Below the pieces are notes generated by a model, which was not told the DNA's origin, did no database searches, and worked only from the letters and a program-made list of their open reading frames with translations. This document shows, in pieces, positions 52,808-64,000 of a DNA stretch of 64,000 nt (its first letter is position 1; the number at the start of each line of letters is the position of its first letter). The DNA is taken from the NCBI GenBank assembly GCA_051294375.1, contig CM119266.1, positions 8,803,339 through 8,867,338 on the forward strand. The letters are read 5' to 3'. The DNA comes from Paraspadella gotoi (Eukaryota > Animalia > Chaetognatha). Position numbers and translations under genes: made by a program.

Positions 52808-54287
52808 GTGCTTCTCTTTTCCCCCTATTCTTTGCGAAAAAGTTTCCCCTTGTTCTCCCCTTCAATATTTCTGTCTTTCCCAATTCACTTCTTTAACAAT
52901 TTTTAATCCCGTTTTTTATGCCTCACGTTAAAAGCGTCAATATAACTTTTTTCATTCTTTTCCCTTCTCTCTCTCTCTCTCTCTCTCGTCTCTCGTCTTC
53001 TCTCTCCTCTCTCCACTCTCTCTCTCTCTCTTCTCTCATCTCTCCACTCACATTTAATACCACTGATCACCAAAATCAACACTACCTAATCTAAAGAAAT
53101 TTCTTAAGAAGATCACAACATTCCCAGTTTTTAATCCTGCATGGAATTTCATCATTTTTCATTGAATCACGATTTTCTCTAGATCTCTTTCCTTCTATAT
53201 CTTCTCTTTATCCTTTTTATTTCCATAATGCTTTCCTTTCTTTTCCCGCTACTTCCTTTACTTTCTTTACTTTTACTTTTCTTCCTGCCATCTTTTTCTT
53301 CCTTTTCCTTCTCTATTCCATTCCTTTTTTTTCCCCCTTTATTTTTCGTTTGCCTTTCCTTTTCTTCCTTTTCTTTGATTCCCTGGCCCTTTTCCTTTCC
53401 CTTTTTCCTTTTTTATCTTTTAGTTCCTTCACTTCCCTTCCCCTTTATATCTTTTCTTTACCTTCCTGTCCCTTTGCTTCGTTCATCTTCCTGTCTTCTC
53501 TCCATCAAAATTCCTCCTTCCTTCCTTTCCTTCTTTAATATCTCCTTTTCTCTCTTCCTTCCAGCCTACGCGGAAAATCGGAGGGCATATTATTTACTCT
53601 CTTCTCTCTCTCTCCCTTTTGCTTCCTGTCTTTTTACTTTTTTTCTTCTCTTATCTCTTCGCTTCTTTTCCTCAGTCATCTGTAGTCGATCGTTTTTCGC
53701 GTGCCTCCTCGTTTCTTTTCCTTTTATTTTTTTACTTTTTCTTCTAAAGATTTCTTCGTTTATTCAAAAGTTTTTATGATATGTCTTCATTTATTATGAT
53801 CTTATAGTTATCGGTTCATTTTATTGTATTATATTCTTTTTTTGATTTGTGTTTCACAGGGACCAGCACCAAATAAACTGCACACATTTAACCCACTTTT
53901 TGGTGTCATAGTAAAAATTACTAAAGTTGATTAATGCCTCCATTTATTAATCTTGAATATTGAAACTTTTTTTTCACTTAATGTTGTCAAAAATCTTCTC
54001 TCCTTTTCTCATCTATTTCTTTGTCTCGCTTCCCATTTCATCCTATCTCTTTTCCACTTCTCTTTCTATTCCCCCTTTGCGGATCGGTCATTGTTTCCAT
54101 TCTCTCCTTCTTTGTCTCCTTCTCTTCTCTCTCATTGTCTTGTCTCCTGCCCATCAATTGTTGTTATCAGCGACTCTAGATTGGCCTTCGGTCGGCTCAA
54201 CTGACTCTAGCGTTGCTTTCCAAGTTTTTTTTTTCGGCTACATAGGGGCGTTTTTTTCTGTTCATCTAAAGTCTGTTTTCCAACCGC

Positions 54288-54330
<43 letters not shown>

Positions 54331-56892
54331 CCCTCCCCCACTTCCCTCTCTCCCACTCTCTCACCACACCATCACTCAATTCGACCTCTCTTCTTTTATA
54401 ATAGTTCCTCTAACTTTTTTTCTTTTCCTTCCTTTTCAAACGATCTTTTGCCAAGATCTCTCTTTTCTTTTCTTTTTCCCTGCGGACAGGCGAGGCCTCC
54501 ATTTTTTTTCATTTCTTTTCGTTTTCTTCCATTTTCCGTCTTTTTCCATTTTGTCTTACCCAATCGTTACTACTTACCCTCAGCCTTCACCCTCGTTCGT
54601 GATTTTGGGTCAGACCGTCCCGAAGTGAAGAAGCCCTCGTCGTCCGTCGTTCGTCGTCGTCCGTTCGGTCGTGTCGTCCAATCATCGGTCGTTCGGCATT
54701 AAACCGCTTTCGGGAGTTGAAAGCCGGCGTGCAGCCCGGCGTTCACACGTCAGCGAACGTGACTTTCTCCGCTTCTTGTGATTCTCACGCAATGGAGGCG
54801 AAAAAGAAGTGTGAGACGTCGAAAAATGATCGACGGGTAATTTGTGAACCTCACCTTTTTTAAGCGTGACTCTGTGCGGAACGTTTTGCTTACCAAAGAC
54901 TTTCACTTGCTGTGTTGTTATCCTTGTAATGGGCATGGCAGGGCCCTAAACCACTATATCCTGTTCCCAAGCTTAGAGGCAAGATAGTTTCAATTTAGTG
55001 AATAAGGATGGAACATATTTGTTTTACTATCCCATATGGTAGAATCAATTGCAATCGGTGTTAGCAAAAAGTTAGTATGTCTATTCATAGGAAACATTTT
55101 TTGCGGGACTGAAAGAGTTTGTGAGAGCATACCAAAAGACTGCGGGGGTGCTTACTTGCTAAGAGAGAGAGGAAAAGAGAGAGAGAGAGAGATGAGAGAG
55201 GAGAGAGAGAGAGAGAGAGAGAGCGAGAAGAGAGAGAGGAGGAGAGCGAGGTGAGAGAGAGAGAGGAGAGATGCCCATCGGGGAAATTCTTGCAGATATC
55301 CTTCCTTTAAAAAAAAGATTCCTTTCAAAAAATCTTTGAACCTTTGAAATTGCCTCGGCCTAAAAAGTTTCTCTTTCCCCAAGACATTTTCGTTTAGAAA
55401 TTCAGAGGCCTTAAAATCACGTTCACACCCTCCCGACTAAACATCAGCCGCGTTTAAACCAACCTGCAAGATGGACGTTAACTGTTCTACGGACGTTACT
55501 ACTCGAAAAAGCGTAGGCTCGCGCGCCTCTTATCTTTTTCAGAAGGCGCCAGTTTTTATCGTTCTCGCACGTTAAAACGGAATTCTTTTTCTTTGGCGAA
55601 CCGAAAAAAAAACACGAGCGATGGTGAGGACGTCTTAGACGGTTTTTCAGTGCTGAGAATTAAAAAGAAAAAAATTTTGTATGATAATTGTATATAAAAG
55701 GGAGAGTTTAACTAACAAAATTGAAAGGCTATCCCTTAGGACTGGATGCTGATTTGCTGTTGAGAGGAGGAGAGAGAGAGGGAGAGGAGAGAGAGAAGAG
55801 GAAGAGAGAGAGAGAGAGAGAGAGTAGAAGAGAGAGAGAGAGAGAGAGAGCAGAGAGTCTCCTACCTCACGTCGTTTTTCAGATTTGTTGAAAAAGCGAA
55901 GAAAGGACTTCCTAAAATGAAGATAGTTTCTCATGGTTAAAAAACTATGATATATAATTTATACTGAAACAGTAATTTTACTAAAAATTGAGAATAAAAT
56001 CAGGAATTTTTGTACAAGTGTAGGCGTCTCAGGCGGACCATATATTTTTTGTTCCTATTCATAATTGACATCAGGTTTTTGTTTCTTTTTTTTCTTTTTT
56101 AGGAAGTATTTTATTTAACGATAAGAACAATAAATTGGTGATACGATGCTAAAAGATTAAAATTACCTATAGATGACATTTTTCAACTTTTTTCCCAGGA
56201 AGCCTTTCTCATCTTCAAGTGATTAAAGTACATATAGGATGACCCATAGATGAACATTTTTCAACTTTTTCCAAGACCTTTCTTTCATTCTTCAAGGTGA
56301 ATTTCTGAAAGTTCGCTTTCATCGCGACTCAAAAAAATTGAAAAAAAAAAAAAAATATTTTGCTGGAATTTGGTGAGGAAAAAATTTAAAACAAACGGAA
56401 GATCAAAATATTTTCCATTCTCTTTTTCCCTCACGCGAATCTTTTTCCGCTTCCATCGAGAAGCAAAAATTTAAAATTCGAAATTTTCGAAAAAAAAAAA
56501 AAATAGAAAAAAAAAATTAATAAAAAAACTTTTTAAAAAAAAATTTAACAATTTAAAAACAAGTTTTTAATCTCCTTTCCCTTTCTTCTTTTTTAATTAT
56601 CATTCAAGTCTTCGTCTTTCCCTAAATCCAAACTTATTTCTTCCTTCTTTATCTTTCCACCAATCATCGATCGGCAAGCTCCGGGTCACGTTGATCCGGA
56701 ACATTTTCCTCTCCCCGGAATGCTAATTTCCAGCTCGGATAAAAGTCGTTTCCGTATTTTCCCCGTTTCTTTTTTTCGTCACCGTCGTTAAGAACGCTAC
56801 TTCAATTCGAAGAGAAACGTTTCCTCTTCTCGAATGACTCGGATTCATCTCATTTATTTTTTCACCTGGCAGTTGGAAGACTCTCTCTCTCT

Positions 56893-56928
<36 letters not shown>

Positions 56929-59142
56929 GCCAAGGATCCTCGTGTCCCGAGGATTAACATTCTAAATTCGAGGAAACTCCCTCCAATTTCGATAATGCCG
57001 ATGCTAGTGATCCAAAATCATTTTTTAGGAGCGGCTCAACACCTTTGTTTGGGGAAGGGTAGAATAGGATATCGCCATGCATCTTCACATAAGCACGAAT
57101 CCTGATGGGAAATATCCCTCGCTACGGATTTAAACGCGTCCATCGCATTGAATTACAGTTCGAAAATATTCTCCAACTGTAATGTATATATATATATATA
57201 TAATTGTATCTTTCATTGACTTAAAGTTTTGACAAATCCGTTTATTTTTTTTTTATGTTAGGTTCGAACCAACCATCTCAAAATTAAACTGGTACCTAAA
57301 GAAAAATTATAAAAGGAAAAAATCTGCAGAGAAAAAAAATGAAAAAAGGCACGAGGTTTTTGCATGACCGTCGGTAAGCGGGTTAAAAAAAAAAAGGAAC
57401 ATAAATAGGCATTTTCTAAGAAAAAAAAAGTGGTGAAAAAAAGTAAATAAAGCGAATACAAATTTAAAAAACATAAATCGGAACTATCGTATCTATGATG
57501 AATATATTCCATTCCTAAACCGGATTTCTCGTTTTCATTTCCCGCGACGAATTAATAAAAAAAAGAAAAGAAGAAAATTAATAAAAGAAGAAAATTTGAA
57601 AAATCTCTCCCTTTTTTNNNNNNNNNNNNNNNNNNNNNNNNNATTTTGTTTTTTCGACCAACGTATCTCTTTAATGAAAGAGCCTATAAGCCGCTTAATC
57701 ATTTATCATTTATCTCTCTCTCTCTCTCTCTCTCTCTNNNNNNNNNNNNNNNNNNNNNNNNNNNNNNNNNNNNNNNNNNNNNNNNNNNNNNNNNNNNNNN
57801 NNNNNNNNNNNNNNNNNNNNNNNNNNNNNNNNNNNNNNNNNNNNNNNNNNNNNNNNNNNNNNNNNNNNNNNNNNNNNNNNNNNNNNNNNNNNNNNNNNNN
57901 NNNNNNNNNNNNNNNNNNNNNNNNNNNNNNNNNNNNNNNNNNNNNTCTCTCTCTCTCTCTCTCTCTCTCTCACTCACATTAATACACTATCACCAAATCA
58001 ACACCTACCTATTTCTAAGAAATTCTTAAGAGATCACAAAATTCCCAGTTTTTATCCTGCATGAATTTCATCATTTTTCATGAATCACGATTTTCTCTAG
58101 ATCTCTTTCCTTCTATATTCCTTTCCTCTTTATCCTTTTATTTCCTAATCTTTCCTTTCTTTTCCCGCTATTTCCTTTACTTTTCTTTACTTACTTTTTT
58201 CTTCCTCATCTTTTTCTTCCTTTCCTTCTCTATTCCATTCCTTTTTTTTCCCTTTATTTTCTTTTCCTTTCCTTTTCTTTCCTTTTCTTTGATTCCCTTC
58301 CCTTTCCTTTCCTTTTTTCCTTTTTATCTTTTATTTCCTTTCACTCCCTTCCCCTTTATATCTTTTCTTTCCTTCCTTCCCTTTGCTTCTTCATCTTCCT
58401 TCTTCTTCCATCAAATCTCCCTTCCTTCCTTTCCTTCTTTAATATCTCCTTTTCTCCTCTCCTTCCAGCCTACGCGGAAAATCGAGGCTATTTTTATCTC
58501 TCTCTCTCTCTCCCTTTTTCTTTCCTTCTTTTTCTTTTTTCTTCTCTTATCTCTTTCCTTCTTTTCCTCAGTCATCTGTAGTCGATCGTTTTTCGCGCCT
58601 CCTCGTTTCTTTTCCTTTTATTTTTTTCTTTTTTCTTCTTAAAGATTCTTCTTTATTCAAAAGTTTTTATGATATGTCTTCATTTATTATATCTTATATT
58701 TATCGTTCATTTATTGTATTATATTCTTTTGATTGTGTTCACAGGACAGCACAAATAAACTCACACATTAACCCACTTTTTGGTGTCATAGTTAAAAATT
58801 ACTAAAGTTATTAATGCTCATTTATTAATCTATGAATATGTAAACTTTTTTTTCACTTAATTTGTCAAATCTTCTCTCCTTTTCTCATCTATTTCTTTGT
58901 CTCCTTCCATTCATCCTTCTCTTTTCACTTCTCTTTCTATTCCCCCTTGCGGATCGTCATTGTTTCCATTCTCTCCTTCTTTGTCTCCTTCTCTTCTCTC
59001 TCATTGTTTGTCTCCTGCCCATCATTGTTGTTTCAGCGACTCTAGATTGGCTTCGTCGGCTCAACTGACTCTAGCGTCTGCTTTCCAAGTTTTTTTTTCG
59101 CTACTAGGGGCGTTTTTTCTGTTCATCTAATCTGTTTTCCAA

Positions 59143-59190
<48 letters not shown>

Positions 59191-59474
59191 CCCCACTTCC
59201 CTCTCTCCCACTCTCTCACCACACAATCACTCAATTCGACCTCTCTTCTTTTAATAGTTCCTCTACTTTTTTTCTTTTCCTTCCTTTCAAACTCTTTGCC
59301 AAGATCTCTCTTTCTTTTCTTTTTCCTCTGCGGACAGCGGCCTCCCATTTTTTTTTTTCATTTCTTTTCTTTTCTTCATTTTCCTCTTTTCCATTTGTCT
59401 TACCCATCGTTACTACTTACCCTCAGCCTCACCCTCGGTCGTGATTCGGGTCAGACCGTCCCGAAGTGAGAAGC

Positions 59475-59514
<40 letters not shown>

Positions 59515-59945
59515 TCATCGTCGTCGGCATTAAACCGCTTTCGGGAGTGAAGCGGCGTGCACCGGCGTCACACCGTCAGCGAACGTGACTTTCTCGCTTC
59601 TGTGATTCTCACGCAATGGAGGCGAAAAAGTGAGACTCGAAAAATATCGACGGGAATTGTAACTCACCTTTTTTAAGCTGACTCTGTCGGAACGTTTTCT
59701 TACCAAACTTTCCTGCTGTGTTGTTATCCTGTAATGGGCATGGAGGCCCTAAACCACTATATCCTGTCCCAAGTTAGAGGCAAGATAGTTCAATTAGTGA
59801 ATAAATGGACATATTTGTTTTACTAATCCCATATGGTAGAATCAATTGCATCGGGTAGAAAAGTTAGTTGTCTATCATAGGAAACATTTTTTTGGACTAA
59901 AGAGTTTGTGAGAGCATACCAAAAGACTGCGGGGTGCTTACTTGT

Positions 59946-59991
<46 letters not shown>

Positions 59992-60440
59992 CATCGGGGA
60001 AGGTCTTGCAGATATCCTTCCTTTAAAAAAAGATTCCTTTCAAAAAAAATCTTTGAACCTTGAAATGCCTCGGCCTAAAAAGTTTCTTCTTTCCCAAGAC
60101 ATTTCTTAGAAATCAGAGGCCTTAAATTCACTTCACACCTCCCGACTAAACATCAGCCGTTAACCACCTCAAGATGACGTTAACTGTTACTACGGACGTT
60201 ACTATCGAAAAAGCGAGGCTCGCGCCCTCTTTCTTTTTCAAAGGCGCCATTTTTATCGTTCTCTCACTTAAAACGAATTCTTTTTCTTTTGGCGAAAAAA
60301 AAACACGAGGCGATGGTGAGACGTCTTAGACGGTTTTTAAGTCTGAGAATAAAAAGAAAAAAATTTTGTATGTATAATTGTATATAAAGGGAGAGTTTTA
60401 ACTAACAAATTGAAGCTATCCCTAGATGGATGTGATTTGC

Positions 60441-60486
<46 letters not shown>

Positions 60487-61029
60487 TCTACTCACGTCGT
60501 TTTCAGATTTGTTGAAAACGAAGAAAGACTCCGAAAATGAAGATAGTTTCTTCGGTTAAAAAACTTTATATATTTATACTGAACAGTAATTTTACTAAAA
60601 TTGAGAATAAAATAGAATTTTTTACAATGTGGCGTCTCAGCGGACATATATTTTTGTCCTATTCATAATTGACATCAGTTTTTTTTTTCTTTTTTTCTTT
60701 TTTAGGAAGTATTTTATTTTAACGATAAGAACAATAATTGGTACGATGTAAAAGATTAAATTACCTATAGATGACATTTTCAACTTTTTTCCCAGGACCT
60801 TTCTCATCTTCAAGTGATTAAATTACATATAGATGACAAATAGATGACATTTTCAACTTTTTTCCAAGAACCTTTCTCATCTTCAAGTGATTTCTGAAAG
60901 TCGCTTCATCGCGACTCAAAAATTGAAAAAAAAATATTTTCTGGAATTTTCGGTGAGAAAAGTAAACAAACGGAAGATCAAAATATTTTCCTTCTCTTTT
61001 TCCCTCACGCGAATCTTTTTCGCTTCCAT
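48660..61029 (-). CDS. Putative multi-exon gene of unknown function (partial, low confidence)
   Basis: Candidate exons 61029-61009 (MEAKKIR|GTGAGG), 59728-59668 (DNNTAGKFGKKTFRQSQLKK|GTGAGT), 59599-59433 (EARKSRSLTC..TPESGLMPTT..DPNHDR; needs one base removed, as in the 54.7-kb copy), acceptor CACCCAG at 49937 (GDFSNDHGLYSEPF) and acceptor TTTCAG near 48917 (LRRMADSDSDADG..). The first four chain in phase; no recognisable domain. Confidence 0.35.
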
Positions 61030-61424
61030 CGAGAAGAAAATTTAAAATTCGAAATTTCGAAAAAAAAAAATAGAAAAAAAATTTAATAAAAAACTTTTTA
61101 AAAAAATTTACAATTAAAACAATTTTTAATCTCCTTTCCCTTTCTTCTTTTTAATTATCATTCAAGTCTTCGTCTTTCCCTAATCAACTTTTTCTTCCTC
61201 TTTATCTTTCCACCAATCATCGATCGAGCTCCGGTCACGTGATCCGGAACATTTCCTCTCCCCCGGATGTAATTTTCCAGCTCGGATAAAAGTCGTTTCC
61301 GTATTTTCCCCGTTTCTTTTTTTTCGTCACTCGTCGTTAAGAACGCTACTCAATTCGAAAAGAGAACGTTTCTCTTCTCGAATACTCGGTTCATCTCATT
61401 TATTTTTTTCCCTGGCAGTTGGAA

Positions 61425-61479
<55 letters not shown>

Positions 61480-62098
61480 AGGATCCTTGTCCCGAGATTA
61501 ACTCTAAATTCGAGGAAACTCCTCCAATTTCGATATCCGTGTAGTTGATCCAAATCTTTTTTAGGAGCGGCTCAACACCTTTTTTTGGGGAAGGTAGATA
61601 AGGATATCGCCATGCATCTTCAACATAAGCCGAATCCTGATGGGAAATATCTCGCTTACGGATTTAAACGCGTCATCGCATTGAATTACATTCGAAAATA
61701 TTCTCAACTGTAAATGTATATATATATATATATAATTGTATCTCATTGACTTAAAGTTTTGACAATCCGTTTATTTTTTTTTATTTAGTTCACCAACCGA
61801 TCCAAAATAAACTGTACCTAAAGAAAAAATTATAAAAGAAAAAATCTGCGAGAAAAAAAATGAAAAAAGGCACGAGGTTTTTGATGACGTCGTAAGCGGT
61901 AAAAAAAAAAGGAAAATAAATAAGGCATTTTCTAAAAAAAAAAAGTGGGAAAAAAGTAAATAAAGCGAATCAAATAAAAACATAAATCGAACTATCGTAT
62001 CTATATAATATATTCCATTCTAAACCGGATTCTCGTTTTCATTTCCGCGACGAATTAATAAAAAAAAGAAAAGAAGAAAATAATAAAAGAAGAAATTG
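52702..62098. repeat. Tandem duplicate pair 52702-57598 (noisy) and 57643-62098 (cleaner), joined across an N gap
   Basis: Collinear end to end; the first copy is about 10% longer through single-base insertions. Confidence 0.93.
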
Positions 62099-62539
62099 AT
62101 CGATTGCTCATTTGTTCTCGCGTCCCGAGTTTTTTTTTTCTTTTCTTATCTCAACTCCAGAAGTTTTTCCTCCGTTCTGACTTTTCTCCTTTTGCGATCA
62201 TCGAGGAGAAAAAAAAAGGAAGAAAAAAGGAAAGGAAAAAAGGGGAAAAAAAGGAGAAAAAACCTTTTTCTAAAAAAAGGGAGGCGAAAAAAGGAGTAAA
62301 AAAAAGAACTAAAAAAAGGATTAAAAATAAAAGGAAAGAAAGAAGAATCGATGTCGAGAAATTATCGAAATCGTTTCCTCTTTCTCGTCCCCTCCCTCTC
62401 TCCCTCCCTCTCTCCCTTCCTCTCTCCCTCCCTCCCTCCCTCTCTCCGTCGCTCCTCACTCGTCTACCAATCGTCTCGCTCTCCCTCAATTTCTCCCTCT
62501 CACTCTCTCCAAATCGTCGCGAGGCCGAAACAAACGCCG

Positions 62540-62576
62540 ATGAAGACGCTAATTCTGATTTACTTCTGCCTAATGG
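62540..62576 (+). CDS. Putative first exon encoding a signal peptide (MKTLILIYFCLM) of a secreted/membrane protein
   Basis: GCCGATGA start context, basic then hydrophobic residues, strong phase-1 donor G|GTGAGT. Downstream exons are unresolved (candidate acceptors near 63790 and 63933). Confidence 0.45.
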
Positions 62577-64000
62577 GTGAGTTTAAAATACGTATTTACT
62601 TCTTTTTTTCGCGTTGTTGTCGTTGTTGTCGTTGTAATCGTCGTCATTTNNNNNNNNNNNNNNNNNNNNNNNNNNNNNNNNNNNNNNNNNNNNNNNNNNN
62701 NNNNNNNNNNNNNNNNNNNNNNNNNNNNNNNNNNNNNNNNNNNNNNNNNNNNNNNNNNNNNNNNNNNNNNNNNNNNNNNNNNNNNNNNNNNNNNNNNNNN
62801 NNNGGGGGGAGGTTCGTAATGATGGGCGAAGATGGGCGTCGTCGTCGTAGTCGTCGTTGTTGTTGTCAATGTAATTGCGATTGTGGATAATCAGACTTAA
62901 TCATTAGACTCTCTCTCGTTTCTCTCTCTCTCTCTCTCTCTTCTCTCTTCTCTTTCTCTCTCTCTCTTCTCTCTCTCTCGTCTCTCCCTCTCTTTTTAAT
63001 TCTTCTTCCTTTCTCTTCCCCTCTTTAAGTTGAACTACTAAGTGTCACAAGCAATTTCCGAATTGCTCTTCCTTCCATTAATCTCTTGTTTTTTTTTTTG
63101 TTTTTTTTTTATCAACTGCAATTAAAAAAGATTTTGATAGCATCAACCATTTGATAAATTTTAACTTAATAAAAAAAAAGTACATCTTTAAAAAAAATAA
63201 AACTTGATTTTCGCACCCTGGAACCCCGGTTACTCTCGGTCATTACCCCNNNNNNNNNNGCTGGTCTCCTCGCGGAGCCTGGGAATGTTTAGCCAATTTG
63301 TTTTTAAAAAGAATAAAAAAATTAAATAAGTTTTTTATTAATCCCGTGAGAACAGACATAGCGCTGTCATTTGGTACACAACGCTGATGTTTACTAACAA
63401 TTATTAACCACGGCATTGAGTAATGGACCTTATAGTTGTAACAACTAAAAACGAATTAATCTTGGTATGAGGCGATCTTTTGTCAAGTTTGCATATTCTA
63501 TTTTTTCCCCAATTTATTATAATATAATTTCAACTGTTTCAAATTGAGATTGTGTAGCGGCGGTTTCCACCATCCTTTGACTGATCAGTTTCACCCGCAA
63601 TTCGCGATCTGACTCTCTCTCTGGAATCGGTGAAACTGACCAGTGAGCTTGCAGTCGACTCGCAGGAAATTCTCCGGGGCATTGTCGCCATAATTTTCCA
63701 TATTTACTGTCTCAAATTATTGTTTTCACAGAAAAAGGGAGGAATCTTATGTTCATTTTTTCCTTTTCCCCTTAACCCACTTTTCACCAGTTCCCATTAT
63801 GTCCCTTTTTACCATCTCCCCCCCCCCGAAATTGCCATTTCGCCATTACCACCCCCCCTTTCTCGATCGGTCGTCGGCGCAAAAAAAAAAGTTTATCACC
63901 GAACGAATTCGTCGCTTCTGGTTTTCACCGCAGATAAACGTCAGTGAGACTCGGGATTTGTGCGACCAAGCAATTCCAATTTCGAGGGACCAATCGATTT

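Overview
AT-rich, microsatellite-dense DNA from an animal-like draft genome (spliceosomal GT-AG introns, many N gaps, several stretches with the insertion-biased indels of unpolished long reads). Two genes can be reconstructed by hand. One is a 5-exon secreted/lysosomal GH29 alpha-L-fucosidase (+, 29846-32321, 452 aa) with catalytic residues intact but unusual substrate-pocket substitutions. The other is an 11-exon minus-strand adaptor (22301-6215) carrying two tandem Disabled(Dab)-type PTB domains, an architecture I do not recognise. Weaker calls: a frameshift-ridden LRR-TM-TIR (Toll-like receptor-like) segment at about 1.1-2.07 kb, a poorly resolved minus-strand gene (about 61029-48660) and a signal-peptide first exon at 62540. 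Two 4.5-5.8 kb tandem 'duplications' (fucosidase block; 52.7-62.1 kb) look like assembly redundancy. The second fucosidase copy carries a TTAA-flanked Kolobok-like transposon absent from the first copy (filled/empty site). Small repeat families include Helentron-type HINE-like elements and a MITE-like family with telomere-like cores. Almost all ORFs in the supplied track are microsatellite artefacts. All alignments are by eye or from memory of the families; no database searches were run.
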